Shown: positions 47,679 through 58,309, numbered from the stretch's first letter. The stretch is DNA of 64,000 nucleotides from Spirochaetaceae bacterium (GCA_015493635.1 WGCU01000053.1:813-64812); one strand, 5' to 3'. The notes: a model not told the origin generated them from the letters alone. Numbers and translations: made by a program.

Positions 47679-48829
47679 GGGGCTCGTCTCTTTCTTCACG
47701 GCTTCAGTATCTCAGGAAGACCGGAAAGAAACATGTCCGTAAACCTTTATCTACAGCCGGAAACGGGTTATCCTCGGAATGGAAGAGGAAAAGCGAATTT
47801 GTTTATTCAAGGACAACGGTGTATGATCTGCCTCCTTCTGCGGGAAATGATACGCTTTCCCGTATGTCATTGTTTTTAAAGGGCAGGCCGGTAAGAATGA
47901 GAGATCTTCTCTTTTATGATCTTGAAACGACAGGTCTTTCCACCGGAGCGGGGGTTGTAGCTTTTCTTGCGGGATTTGGAAAAATAACTGACAGCTCTCT
48001 TACGGTAAAGCAGTACTTTCTGGATGATTTCCCGGGTGAAAATGAGTTCCTGCAGGCAGTTATGTCAGAGCTGAAACCTGAAACAGTGCTTGTTTCCTAT
48101 AACGGCAGAACCTTTGACCGTCACCTTCTTACAAGCCGTTTTCTCATGAACGGGATGCGGTTCCCTGATATTCCGGAAATTGATCTTCTGTATGCTGCCA
48201 GACGGTTATGGAAGGAACATCTTCCTGACTGTACTCTTTCTACGGTAGAACACCGTATTCTCGGTATTCAGCGGACAGGAGATATTCCCGGTAGAGATAT
48301 CCCTGATGTATATTTTATGTTTCTACGATTAAGAAAGAGTGCCCTCCTTGAGAAAGTTTTTTACCACCATCGACAGGATATTGTGTCACTGGCATTTCTC
48401 GCTATTCATATAAACAGTCTTCTGCATTTTCCTTCCCGTTGTACCGGTAATGATCGGTACAGTCTGGGAAAATATCTTCTTTATGAAGGAGAAAAGAAAG
48501 GGGAACAGCTTTTGAAGGAAATATGGAAGGAAGGGGGTGAGTTTTCTTTAAAGGCAGGAAGCATTTTAAGTATATTTTACAAGCGGACCGGCCGGCTTGC
48601 TCTGGCTGTTGATCTCTGGAAAAAAATGTGGAAGGTAGATCACGGATATTTTGAAGGTATTGAACTTGCAAAGTTCTATGAGCATGCATTGAAAGATTAT
48701 CCCGAGGCATTAAAATATACAAAAATCCTTCAGCGTGCTGCTGACAGAGAGAAAAATGAAAACCGTAATCAGGAACTTCTATACCGCCTTGAGAGGTTAA
48801 AGAGAAAGCATGATCGCTTCGGTCTATAA
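47660..48829 (+). CDS. mrfB: RNase H-like DEDD exonuclease with TPR-like C-terminus (MrfB/YprB family)
   Basis: Likely start ATG 47660; FYDLETTGL, SYNGRTFD, DLLYAARR, L..VE..ILG, HHRQD; overlaps mrfA end. Confidence 0.85.
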   Translation: MASERVGGSSLSSRLQYLRKTGKKHVRKPLSTAGNGLSSEWKRKSEFVYSRTTVYDLPPSAGNDTLSRMSLFLKGRPVRMRDLLFYDLETTGLSTGAGVVAFLAGFGKITDSSLTVKQYFLDDFPGENEFLQAVMSELKPETVLVSYNGRTFDRHLLTSRFLMNGMRFPDIPEIDLLYAARRLWKEHLPDCTLSTVEHRILGIQRTGDIPGRDIPDVYFMFLRLRKSALLEKVFYHHRQDIVSLAFLAIHINSLLHFPSRCTGNDRYSLGKYLLYEGEKKGEQLLKEIWKEGGEFSLKAGSILSIFYKRTGRLALAVDLWKKMWKVDHGYFEGIELAKFYEHALKDYPEALKYTKILQRAADREKNENRNQELLYRLERLKRKHDRFGL

Positions 48830-50281
48830 TCCGGTAAGATTTTTGTAGAGCGTTTCATATTCCAGTACCGAGATATCCCAGGAAAAATTCTTTTCCATTC
48901 CCCTGTGCTGTAGTACTTTAATAGCTTGTTTATCTTGATACCAGAGTGAAACAGCTTTTTTTACGGTGTTAAAAATGGCTTCCGGTGTCTTATCCTTTAT
49001 AAGAAAGCCGGTCCCCTTTTCTTTGTCAGCTGCGTAATCGGTTACAGTATCAGCAAGTCCTCCTGTCTCGCTGACAATGGGAATAGTTCCGTATTTCAGG
49101 GAATACATCTGATTCAGCCCGCACGGTTCATACCTGCTTGGCATAAGAAAAAAATCAGATCCAGCTTCAATAAGATGGGCGAGCGTATTGTTGAAGGTTA
49201 CAAATATTTTAAGCACAGAATACTTTCCGGCAAGAGCTTCAAGAAATTCTTCTATCTTTTTTTCCCCGTTTCCAAGAATGATTATCTGTGCATCAAGTTC
49301 CTTACATATTCTTTCAAGCGTACTCTTACGGGTATCACAAAGTTCATTGAAACCTTTCTGGGATACAAGTCTGCTTACCATCCCAATGAGCGGTTTATCG
49401 GGATGTACCGGTAGACCGCATTCGTTCTGGAGCATTGCCTTCAGTTGTGCTTTCGGTGCCGGATTTTCTGCTGAGAAATGAACAGGCAGATACGCATCAT
49501 GTTCAGGGTTCCATTCGGAATAATCTGCACCGTTCAGAATACCTGAAAGAATATCTTTTCTTTCCGCAAGAATATTTTCCATTCCCTCACCATATTCCGG
49601 GGTTTGTATTTCTTCGGCATAGCGAGGGGAAACCGTTGTTATCCGGTCACTGTTCAGAATGCCGGTACGCAGAAAATTAAGGTGGTCATTGTAGCCGGCA
49701 TCCTGTTCGCTTGTTTTGTCCCATGAAAGTCCGGTAACATGAATATCATGTTTTGAAAAAACTCCCTGGTATCCTATATTGTGAATGGTAAGAACAGATT
49801 TTACAGACTGAAACGTTTTCCCTTCTATTCCCGACTTTATATACGCTGCTGTCAGTGAAGCCTGCCAGTCATGGGAGTGGATAATATCAGGAATCCATGC
49901 AAGGATACGGCAGAGAGCAAAGGCGCCTTTGTTCAGAAGGGTAAAACGCCGGTGGTTGTCCCTGTATGTACCGGTTTCCCGGCTGCCGTACATCCCTTCC
50001 CTCCGGGAAAAAAAAGGGTGTTCCAGAAAATACACCATTACGCTGCTTTCGGGGAGTTTCTCTGTGGAAAAAGTGACATCTTCCCGGTTGAAACCAAGCG
50101 GAATTTGTGTCTTTTGAACGAAACTTCTCTTGTCGGCGGGAATAAAACGGTATCCCGGAATGAGGATCTTTATATCATGACCCCGTTTACTCAATTCTTT
50201 TGAAAGGGAAAACACCACATCCGCTAATCCTCCGGATTTAGCAAAGGGAGCGCATTCACTGGAAACCATCAGTATCTTCAT
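48824..50281 (-). CDS. glgA: Glycogen synthase (ADP-glucose)
   Basis: MKILMVSSECAPFAKSGGLADV, HSHDWQ, TIHNIGYQG, SRLVSQKG, MPSRYEPCGLNQMY; start moved to ATG 50281. Confidence 0.96.
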   Translation of the reverse strand: MKILMVSSECAPFAKSGGLADVVFSLSKELSKRGHDIKILIPGYRFIPADKRSFVQKTQIPLGFNREDVTFSTEKLPESSVMVYFLEHPFFSRREGMYGSRETGTYRDNHRRFTLLNKGAFALCRILAWIPDIIHSHDWQASLTAAYIKSGIEGKTFQSVKSVLTIHNIGYQGVFSKHDIHVTGLSWDKTSEQDAGYNDHLNFLRTGILNSDRITTVSPRYAEEIQTPEYGEGMENILAERKDILSGILNGADYSEWNPEHDAYLPVHFSAENPAPKAQLKAMLQNECGLPVHPDKPLIGMVSRLVSQKGFNELCDTRKSTLERICKELDAQIIILGNGEKKIEEFLEALAGKYSVLKIFVTFNNTLAHLIEAGSDFFLMPSRYEPCGLNQMYSLKYGTIPIVSETGGLADTVTDYAADKEKGTGFLIKDKTPEAIFNTVKKAVSLWYQDKQAIKVLQHRGMEKNFSWDISVLEYETLYKNLTGL

Positions 50282-50313
50282 TCTTTGATTATGAAGGTAA
50301 ACAGTATTTCTAG

Positions 50314-51180
50314 TCAATATTGTATATAGGTAATTCGGTAATCTCCCTTTTTTGAAAAACCAAGTTTACGGTAGAGAGTATTTGCCGGCAGGTTGGATTT
50401 TTGGACAAAGAGGATACTCTTTTTTCTCATCCCGGCAAGTTCAAAGATCAGTCTTTCCATTACAAGGGAGGAATACCCCTTTCTTCTGTATATGTAATCG
50501 GTAAAAACACCTCCTATTTGAGCATAGTTAATACCTATTGCGTTTGTATTCGCTTTTGAAGCTGTGACACCCTTTTGTTCAATGTAGAAAACAATCTGTG
50601 AAGTACATGTCTTTTTAAGATTCCTGAGAACGGCTTTCTCTTTAAAGTTTTCTCTGTGAATAAGCACTTCCTCAAGCATATATTTTTTTTCAAGATGATA
50701 GAGTTTTTCGGTATCTTCAATTCCTGCTCTTCTTATTTTTACTGGTAAATTTTCCGGATTCCGGAATGGAGAAGATGCTATATGTTCAAGAAGATTGTAT
50801 TTCCTTTCTGTGTCTATAGATAGTCCAGTATTATCCAGTATTTTCAGGACATCAGGAGTGTAGCCGAGAATACAAAAGACTTTTCCTTTTTTTTGGAATA
50901 GGTTATGAATATTTTCAAAACCACTGTGTACTATATCTGAAATATCATCATCAAAGAGAGGAAGGAGGAGTCCTTCCCTTGACAGCAGCAATATCCCTTT
51001 TACCATCTGCGGGGTTTTGCCTATGAGACAGAAAATGGTGTCAGTAATATCCGAAGGATGTTTTATTGAGTCGTCACTGTTTACAAACCGTGAACTGAGA
51101 GATACTGATTTCCATTCGTTTCGAATAATAAACTTTATGAACTCCGGGAAACGGATCTGTGCAAAATGTACCCATTTCAT
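50314..51180 (-). CDS. GNAT-family acetyltransferase
   Basis: C-terminal QIGGVFT...YRRKGY, LFV..N.PA..LYRKLGF. Confidence 0.85.
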   Translation of the reverse strand: MKWVHFAQIRFPEFIKFIIRNEWKSVSLSSRFVNSDDSIKHPSDITDTIFCLIGKTPQMVKGILLLSREGLLLPLFDDDISDIVHSGFENIHNLFQKKGKVFCILGYTPDVLKILDNTGLSIDTERKYNLLEHIASSPFRNPENLPVKIRRAGIEDTEKLYHLEKKYMLEEVLIHRENFKEKAVLRNLKKTCTSQIVFYIEQKGVTASKANTNAIGINYAQIGGVFTDYIYRRKGYSSLVMERLIFELAGMRKKSILFVQKSNLPANTLYRKLGFSKKGDYRITYIQY

Positions 51181-52910
51181 TCTTCAGCAGTCCACTGGGG
51201 GGTAAGGGGGATGGGAACTTTTCCTGACGGTACGAAACTGCCGAGAAGTGCTGAGAATCCCGCAGTAAAAGATTCCACTCCTGTTCCGTAAACTGCGATG
51301 GCATCTTTAATCCAGGGAAGATCTTTCAGGTAAACAGGTGTTAAAGATGAAATGACAATAATACGAGCATCTGTAGTTTTAAGTTTTTCCAGCATTTGTA
51401 AACTGTTTCTGTTTGCAAGAGAAAAAATAATAGTATCATAGTTTTCGGCAATAGAGGCAAGATACGTGCTGTATTTCTCCATGTTGTTATTTTCAGGACT
51501 GAAAGGGAAGTAATAGGTATCTGCTTCGGGAAAGTAGCTGCTGCCGGTGGTTAAAAAAAGATGATACGGTCCGGTAACAAGTACTTTACCTGTTTCCCCC
51601 GGGTTTAGGGGGAGATGTTCGTCCCTGATAATACTGACTGACCGGCAGGCCTCATTAAAAAAGTAATTTTTTGCTCCCGGTGCGGGGATGTCTTTTTCTA
51701 TTTTTTTTATATCAGGGTACAGCGGAACGGAAGAACCGGGGCCTAGGTACTTCATCTTTATGGTAAGAATTGTCTTTACTGATGACTGGATTTCTTTTTT
51801 AAACGAAGGGTCATGATTTATTTCGTAAAAGAGTTTGTTCCAGATCCTTTCAAACATATCAGTGCCATGTGAAATCATAATCATGTTGTTTCCCGCTTTT
51901 AAGGCATCAAGGCAGGCGGTTGGGGTATTTCCCGTACCGATAATTGCACCGGTCATTCTCATGTCGTCAGTAATAATGATACCTTTAAATCCCATTTTTT
52001 TTCTAAGAACGGTACGAAGAAAGTAGGGGGACAGGGATGCGGGTTTCTTGTTCCCTGTAATTTTAGGAAATGATAGATGCCCGCTCATAATTGCAGGAAT
52101 ATCTCTCTTTATGAGAAACCGGTATGGAAGAAGTTCTCTTTCCCAGAGCGTATCAAAGTTGACATCAATAATGGGAAGTGTCCCGTGGGAATCCTGGGTA
52201 ACATCACCGTGTCCGGGAAAATGTTTTGCTGTGCTGATAATACCTGACGTATCAAGTCCTTTATAAAATGCGACACTTAAGGAAGCTGTTTCCAAGGGAT
52301 CGTGGGAAAATGACCGGGGACCGATAACATCGGCTTCGGGATTAGTATATACATCCACCGTAGGGGCAAAATTCATGTTTATTCCCAGCGTCTGCAGTTC
52401 TTTTCCAATGTAGAGACCTGTCATGTATGCATCATAAGGGAGGGCAGTCGCACCAATACTGAGGTTGCCCGGCGTAATGGAAGTCTTGCCTTTTATATGA
52501 CGTACCCATCCCCCTTCCTGATCAGTAGCAATTAACAGCGGTATTTTAAAATGGGTCCGTGCTGCTTCATGTTGGAGAGCTCCTATGGTTTCCCCAAGAG
52601 TCGGCAGGTCAGCGACATTCCAGCCGAAAAGTTTGACCCCTCCAATGTTCCTTCTGCTTATCCATGAAAGTATGGAATCAGACGGAACCGTTCCGAAGAA
52701 GCCGAGCATCATGACTTGCCCGAGAAGTTCGGTGTTGTTCATTGATGCAACTATTTCGTTAATACGTGTGGTATTATCCGTTTTATCATAAAAAGTTACT
52801 GCTCCGGCAGGAAGTGTAAAAAAGAGGAGCAGCAAAAAAAACATTGCGAAGGGAAAAGGAATATTTCCTTTTCTCCTTCTGCAGTTCTGCGGTGCACGGC
52901 TGTTCAGCAT
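51177..52910 (-). CDS. Secreted GH3 glycoside hydrolase, beta-N-acetylhexosaminidase (NagZ-like) with C-terminal domain
   Basis: ATDQEGG.V, NFAPTVDV, KHFPGHGD..QDSH, IMSGH, ITDDM; N-terminal hydrophobic signal; exact start uncertain. Confidence 0.88.
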   Translation of the reverse strand: MLNSRAPQNCRRRKGNIPFPFAMFFLLLLFFTLPAGAVTFYDKTDNTTRINEIVASMNNTELLGQVMMLGFFGTVPSDSILSWISRRNIGGVKLFGWNVADLPTLGETIGALQHEAARTHFKIPLLIATDQEGGWVRHIKGKTSITPGNLSIGATALPYDAYMTGLYIGKELQTLGINMNFAPTVDVYTNPEADVIGPRSFSHDPLETASLSVAFYKGLDTSGIISTAKHFPGHGDVTQDSHGTLPIIDVNFDTLWERELLPYRFLIKRDIPAIMSGHLSFPKITGNKKPASLSPYFLRTVLRKKMGFKGIIITDDMRMTGAIIGTGNTPTACLDALKAGNNMIMISHGTDMFERIWNKLFYEINHDPSFKKEIQSSVKTILTIKMKYLGPGSSVPLYPDIKKIEKDIPAPGAKNYFFNEACRSVSIIRDEHLPLNPGETGKVLVTGPYHLFLTTGSSYFPEADTYYFPFSPENNNMEKYSTYLASIAENYDTIIFSLANRNSLQMLEKLKTTDARIIVISSLTPVYLKDLPWIKDAIAVYGTGVESFTAGFSALLGSFVPSGKVPIPLTPQWTAEE

Positions 52911-52912
52911 CC

Positions 52913-53848
52913 CTAGATGTAGCTCATACCTTTAATATCATCAATATGCTGAGATGCACAATGTGTGGCTACTGCCCCTTCACCGGCGGCTACAACAACC
53001 TGTCTGAAAGGTGTTGCTCTTACGTCACCGACTGCATACAGTCCCTTTGTTTCTGTTTCCATCCGCTGGTTGGTAATAACGTATCCAGCTTCATCTTTCG
53101 GCAGATCCGGAACAAGAGCTGTCTGGGGCATGGTACCGATAAAGATAAATACAGCATCGACTTCTTCTTCGTAGGTTTCTCCGGTTTCTGTATTTTCAAA
53201 CAGGACTGTCGAGACCTTCATTGTTCCCTTTATCTCTTTTAAAATATGATTAAACCGAACCTCAATATTGTCATTATGCAGAACACGGTCCGCAAGAGCT
53301 TTCTGAGCTCTGAATCTGTCTCTTCTGTGTATCATTATTATTTTATCACTGAGATTTGATAGATAGGAAGCTTCATCACATGCTGCATCTCCCCCTCCCA
53401 CAACGAGAATTTTCTTGTTTTTGAAAAAAGGACCGTCACATGTCGCGCAGTATGATACTCCTCTGCCAGTAAATTCTTTTTCTCCGGGGATTCCGAGAAG
53501 TTTATTTTTTGAACCGGTTGATAGAATGACAGCGTACGATGAAAAGCTTCCTTTTGAAGTTTCTATATGAAAAGTGTTATTTTCCTTTTTTATGCTCCGT
53601 GCTGTTGCCGTAATGAATTCGGCTCCAAAATCATGTGCCTGTTTCTCCATAACCTGGCAAAAATCAATACCGGAAACAGGTCCGCTTACACCAGGATAAT
53701 TTTCAAGATCATCAATAACAAGAGCCTGCCCTCCGGGAGCCATTTCTTCAATAACCAGTACCTTCAGATTTGCTCGTGCTCCATATTGTGCGGCTGCCAG
53801 ACCTCCGGGGCCGGCGCCTATTATAATAAGGTCTTTATCTGGTTCCAT
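52913..53848 (-). CDS. trxB: Thioredoxin reductase
   Basis: IIGAGPGGL, GGQ, VSYCATCDG, GGGDAACDEA, GDVR; start moved to ATG 53848 (AGGAGG upstream). Confidence 0.96.
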   Translation of the reverse strand: MEPDKDLIIIGAGPGGLAAAQYGARANLKVLVIEEMAPGGQALVIDDLENYPGVSGPVSGIDFCQVMEKQAHDFGAEFITATARSIKKENNTFHIETSKGSFSSYAVILSTGSKNKLLGIPGEKEFTGRGVSYCATCDGPFFKNKKILVVGGGDAACDEASYLSNLSDKIIMIHRRDRFRAQKALADRVLHNDNIEVRFNHILKEIKGTMKVSTVLFENTETGETYEEEVDAVFIFIGTMPQTALVPDLPKDEAGYVITNQRMETETKGLYAVGDVRATPFRQVVVAAGEGAVATHCASQHIDDIKGMSYI

Positions 53849-53928
53849 TCTATCTTCCTCCTGCGTGGTTATAATATCAGGAAAGGTAAGAAAAAACCAA
53901 TACTTAGTCAAGAGAAATAAACCTCTCC

Positions 53929-53955
53929 TAAACTCCTGCCGTAAAACTCCGACTA
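53929..53955 (+). promoter_or_regulatory. Candidate sigma28 (FliA) promoter of flgN-flgK-flgL-fliW-csrA
   Basis: TAAA (53929-53932), 15 bp, TCCGACTA (53948-53955), similar to TAAA-N15-GCCGATAA. Confidence 0.55.
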
Positions 53956-53979
53956 TAGAAATAAGGGGAATTTGCTTAT

Positions 53980-54483
53980 ATGAAAACATCGTTTGAAACC
54001 GTTGAACAGCTTGATGACAGTATGCGCAGGGAAGCGGATTTACTCAAGAAATTTGCACTAAACGGAAGCAGAATTATGGAAGATCTGACTGACATGAATT
54101 GGAAAGATCTTCAGATCCATCTTACGGTATCTCAAAACCTCAGCAAAATTATCGAAAACTTGGAATTCGAACGTAATAGATTGTATCAAAAATTCTGTAG
54201 TGAAACAGATGCGGTCGAAAGTGCTAATTTTTATCAGGTTGTGGAACAATCTCCGGAAGCTATCCGGATCAGCTTAATAAGTCAGTTCCGGGAGCTTAAA
54301 CTGGCACTACTGCAGGCTCAGGGAATGAACTGGAAGATTGAAACGTACGTTGCTTCAGCGGGAGGTACCATGAAAGAGTTCTTGAACCGTATGTTTCCTC
54401 ACCGGAAGGGGACGATGTATTCGAAAGAGGGTGTAATCAGAGAAGCTGATAACAATCCTCTTGTACTTAACAGAGAACTTTAG
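53980..54483 (+). CDS. flgN: Flagellar export chaperone, FlgN-like
   Basis: Helical 167-aa protein directly upstream of flgK; called mainly from context. Confidence 0.65.
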   Translation: MKTSFETVEQLDDSMRREADLLKKFALNGSRIMEDLTDMNWKDLQIHLTVSQNLSKIIENLEFERNRLYQKFCSETDAVESANFYQVVEQSPEAIRISLISQFRELKLALLQAQGMNWKIETYVASAGGTMKEFLNRMFPHRKGTMYSKEGVIREADNNPLVLNREL

Positions 54484-54504
54484 GGTTCTTTACAGGAGAA
54501 GTAT

Positions 54505-56382
54505 ATGCAGTCAACATTTACAGGAATTGAGATTGGTAAAAGAAGTCTTGTTGCTCACAACACCGGCCTGACAACAGTTGGTCATAACCTCAGTAACGCC
54601 TCTGTTGAAGGATACAGTCGTCAGCGGGTCATAATGACTGCCTACGATCCTATCTATGCGCCTGAACTAAACAGAGAGGAAACGCCGGGTCAGATTGGAC
54701 AGGGTGTAACGGTAGAGAGAATTGAACGTGTCCATGATCAGATACTTGAAGGAAGAATAGTAAGCCAGGCAAGCGGTCAGGGATACTGGAATGCGAAAGA
54801 TAAATACCTTCTGATGGTTGAGCAGGTGCATAATGAACCAAAAGACACTTCTCTCCGTACCAGGCTTGATCAATTCTGGAGCGGATGGCAGGAGCTGTCC
54901 CTTCATCCTGAGGAAACGGCAGCACGGGAAACGGTTATCACGAGGGGAAAAACACTTATAGATTCAATTCATCAGCAGTACAATGGTTTTAAGCAAATCC
55001 GGGATATGGTTGAGGAAGATGTCAGTGCTACGGTAAAAGAGGTAAATTCACTGCTTTCAAATATTGGTGCTCTCAATGCGCAGATTGTTAAAGTTAAAGC
55101 CATGGGTGATAATCCTAATGATCTTCTGGATAAACGGGATTTATTTGTCAAAAAACTGTCTGGTTTGATTAATATAAGTGTTGATAACAGGGATCCTGAT
55201 GAATACACCGTAACAACCGGCGGATTTCATCTTATTCAGGGACGTGTTATTTCAAAACTGAAAGGGATTCCAAACCCGGATGATGAAGGGTATTCCACCG
55301 TAGCATGGGCAAAAAGCGGGAAAGAGGCCTATTTCTCCGGTGGTAAGCTTGCTGCGCTTCTGGACCTCAGGGATAACGATGTAAAAAAGGAAATCCAGAA
55401 TCTGGATACCATGACGATAAATTTTATTGATCTTGTGAATGAAAATCATCGTGCAGGATTTGGACTGGATGGAAAAACTGGTCTGGATTTTTTCACGGAA
55501 TACCCGTTTGTCAATAATGTTGCAGGAAATTATGACCGTAATGGTGACGGAGCTTTTGATTCCACTTATCTTTTTAGAATTACAGGAAACAACAGTCTCA
55601 AACCTGAGGATCAGGTGGGTTTAAAAGGTACAATGACCCTTTCCGGGCCGAAAGGGAACATTTCCATAGACTATTTCCCCACAGATACCGTTGAAGATGT
55701 TATCAAGCGGATCAATATGTCTGGTTCAGAGGTTGTTGCCCGGCTTAATAAAGATGGGAAACTGCAGCTGAAAGCATCGGCTGCGGAAGATGCAAAAAAT
55801 CCTGATTTTGTTATCCGTCATGTGGAAGATTCAGGTCAGTTCCTTGTGGGGTACAGCGGAATACTAATCAATTCCGGGAATGGAGGCGCGTATAATTTCA
55901 ATCAGCCAAATGCAGTAGCCCTGCTGCGGGGAGGGGGACTCAGGTATGCTGTGACTCCGACGCTTCATCCTGCAGCCTGGCTGGAAGTGAATAAAGCATT
56001 ACAGGAAAATCCTGATTCCATAGCTGCCGGGTTCGGTGTAAACGGACATCCTGCCAATTCAGGCGACGGTTCTGCTGCAGTAGCAATTGCCGCACTGAGA
56101 AACAGTGATGTTATGGTGGGGAAAATGCCGACATTTGACGACTATTTTGCTTCAGCTGTTGCAAATGCCGGGCTTAAGGGGCAGGCGGCTGCCCAGGCAC
56201 ATGACACGCAGGATCTCATCATGAAAAAACTCTACGATCTGAAGGATTCTATTTCCGGTGTAAACATAGATGAGGAATTATCACAAATGATAAAGTTCCA
56301 GCATGGATATAACGCAGCTTCCCGGTTCGTTTCAGAGATAAATAAAATGCTGGATACCATTATCAACAGGATGGGAGTATAA
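54505..56382 (+). CDS. flgK: Flagellar hook-associated protein 1
   Basis: HNLSNAS.EGYSRQ, NDLLDKRD, SGVNIDEE...MI.FQ.GY.AASR. Confidence 0.96.
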   Translation: MQSTFTGIEIGKRSLVAHNTGLTTVGHNLSNASVEGYSRQRVIMTAYDPIYAPELNREETPGQIGQGVTVERIERVHDQILEGRIVSQASGQGYWNAKDKYLLMVEQVHNEPKDTSLRTRLDQFWSGWQELSLHPEETAARETVITRGKTLIDSIHQQYNGFKQIRDMVEEDVSATVKEVNSLLSNIGALNAQIVKVKAMGDNPNDLLDKRDLFVKKLSGLINISVDNRDPDEYTVTTGGFHLIQGRVISKLKGIPNPDDEGYSTVAWAKSGKEAYFSGGKLAALLDLRDNDVKKEIQNLDTMTINFIDLVNENHRAGFGLDGKTGLDFFTEYPFVNNVAGNYDRNGDGAFDSTYLFRITGNNSLKPEDQVGLKGTMTLSGPKGNISIDYFPTDTVEDVIKRINMSGSEVVARLNKDGKLQLKASAAEDAKNPDFVIRHVEDSGQFLVGYSGILINSGNGGAYNFNQPNAVALLRGGGLRYAVTPTLHPAAWLEVNKALQENPDSIAAGFGVNGHPANSGDGSAAVAIAALRNSDVMVGKMPTFDDYFASAVANAGLKGQAAAQAHDTQDLIMKKLYDLKDSISGVNIDEELSQMIKFQHGYNAASRFVSEINKMLDTIINRMGV

Positions 56383-56387
56383 AATAG

Positions 56388-57632
56388 ATGGACCGTGTAA
56401 GTACAAATATGTCTAATAATGACATGCAGTATTACTTGAGAATGCGTAATTCCGAAATGAATGATCTGCAGAACAAGATGGGTGAACAAACGAGAATACA
56501 TGAACTCCGCGACGATCCAGTCGCTGCCGCTCATTCAGTACGGTATCTTTCAAAGTTAAACCGTATGCAGCGTTACACAAGGAATATCGATTCAGTGCTT
56601 GGTGAAAATAAAGTTGCTGAAGGATACATGAAAAGTGCCAATAATATTCTTCAGCGGGTACGGAGCCTTGCCATTCAGGGAGCAAACGATACATACACAA
56701 CCGGAGAAAAACGGATAATGGGTAATGAGGTTAACGAGCTTCTTAATGAGCTGGTTTCCATAGCAAATGCAAAAACACCGGATGGAACGAGTATGTTTGC
56801 CGGAGACAGAACACATACAGAGGCGTTCAGGGTCCTTTCATCTCATGTTCCTGAAGCAAACGGGAATGTTATCACCGCTGTTGAGTATCGGGGAACGATC
56901 AACAGCCCTAAAGTGGAGATATCCGATGGAAGTTATACTGACAACGGGTTTGCCGGCGACAGGATATTCTGGGCGGAACAGCAGCAGATTATTGCAGATA
57001 AGGATGCTCAGCGATATGTAGCTACTGCTGATTCAAGAATACGTATTGACAACGCGTATATCAATATAAAAGCGGGAGATAATGTCTATGCTCTTATTGC
57101 AAAGATAAACAATTCCGATGCGGCGGTAAAAGCATCGATTGATCCTGTAAAAAACTCACTTGTTCTTGAAACAACAACGCCTCATCAGATTTGGCTGGAA
57201 GACGGTAAGGGTGGGACAGTTCTGAAGGATCTCGGACTTATTGCTGATACAGGCAAACCTCCGTACAATATTAACCGTGATGCTGTTGTCGGAGGCGGAT
57301 CACTTTTTGACATGATCATAAATATGCGGGATCAGCTGTATAAAGGAAACACTCTGGCCATTGGAAGCAGCGGATTAAAGGGGATTACTCAGGCACAGGA
57401 TAATCTTATTGGATCCATTTCCAAACTGGGAGCAAAGAATGAGCGTCTTCAGACTGTAAGTGAGCGTCTTGCAAATGAAATTCCTGAAGTACAGGACCGA
57501 AACTCCAAAGAAACAGATATCGATATGACAAAAGCAATAACTGATTTAAAAATGCTTGAATACACACATAAAGCAGCGTTGCAAACAGCAAGTAGAATTC
57601 TGCAGCCGACACTGCTGGACTTTTTGAGGTAA
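56388..57632 (+). CDS. flgL: Flagellar hook-associated protein 3
   Basis: MDRVST, DDPVAAA, D.DM.KAI.DL, AALQ...RILQPTLLDFLR. Confidence 0.96.
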   Translation: MDRVSTNMSNNDMQYYLRMRNSEMNDLQNKMGEQTRIHELRDDPVAAAHSVRYLSKLNRMQRYTRNIDSVLGENKVAEGYMKSANNILQRVRSLAIQGANDTYTTGEKRIMGNEVNELLNELVSIANAKTPDGTSMFAGDRTHTEAFRVLSSHVPEANGNVITAVEYRGTINSPKVEISDGSYTDNGFAGDRIFWAEQQQIIADKDAQRYVATADSRIRIDNAYINIKAGDNVYALIAKINNSDAAVKASIDPVKNSLVLETTTPHQIWLEDGKGGTVLKDLGLIADTGKPPYNINRDAVVGGGSLFDMIINMRDQLYKGNTLAIGSSGLKGITQAQDNLIGSISKLGAKNERLQTVSERLANEIPEVQDRNSKETDIDMTKAITDLKMLEYTHKAALQTASRILQPTLLDFLR

Positions 57633-57635
57633 CAG

Positions 57636-58091
57636 ATGGAAATACAAACGAAAGCGTACGGATTAATTGATGTTGATGAAAGACAGAAAATAATTTTTCC
57701 TACCGGCATTCTTGGTTTTGAGAATTTAAAAGAATATGCGCTCCTCGATGCGTCCCAGCAGCCATTTTACTGGCTTCAGTCACTTGATATGTCTGAAATA
57801 GCCTTTGTTCTTATCAACCCGTTGATTTTTAGGCCGGATTATACTCCCGATGTATCTGCTGCTGAATTGCAGGAGATTAATCTTACCGCTGACGATAAGG
57901 AAAATTCATTAATCTTCACCATTGTTACTATTCCGGAAGACCAGTCCCGGATGACGGCAAATTTGCAGGGTCCAGTCATAATAAACAGAAAAGAGCGTAT
58001 AGCCCGGCAATGTATATCGACTAATGCGAAATGGCAAACCCAGCACTTTATTCTTGATGAACTTGCTGCTCTCAAGGATAGTGTATGCTGA
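57636..58091 (+). CDS. fliW: Flagellar assembly factor FliW (CsrA antagonist)
   Basis: I.FP.GILGFE, F.WLQS, F.LINP, TANLQGP..IN. Confidence 0.96.
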   Translation: MEIQTKAYGLIDVDERQKIIFPTGILGFENLKEYALLDASQQPFYWLQSLDMSEIAFVLINPLIFRPDYTPDVSAAELQEINLTADDKENSLIFTIVTIPEDQSRMTANLQGPVIINRKERIARQCISTNAKWQTQHFILDELAALKDSVC

Positions 58092-58309
58092 TCCTATCCA
58101 GAAAGAAAAACGAAAGTATTATCATCAATGATAATATTGAAATATCTGTTGTTGAGATAAAGGGTGATCAGATAAAGCTTGGTATTAACGCACCGCGGTC
58201 TGTAAAGATCTTTAGACAGGAAATATACCGGGCCATTCAGCAGGCAAATAAAGAAGCGGTGAAAACAAGTTCCAACCTGCCGGATATCGAAATTTTCAAG
58301 AATCCTTAA
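58085..58309 (+). CDS. csrA: Carbon storage regulator
   Basis: [35 protein letters not shown]. Confidence 0.98.
   Translation: MLILSRKKNESIIINDNIEISVVEIKGDQIKLGINAPRSVKIFRQEIYRAIQQANKEAVKTSSNLPDIEIFKNP

Noticed and set aside
45381-48829. Antiphage defence system (DISARM/Druantia-like DUF1998 helicase)
   Set aside because: The partner is a YprB/MrfB-type exonuclease, with no methylase or other defence genes and no island signature; MrfAB repair fits better.
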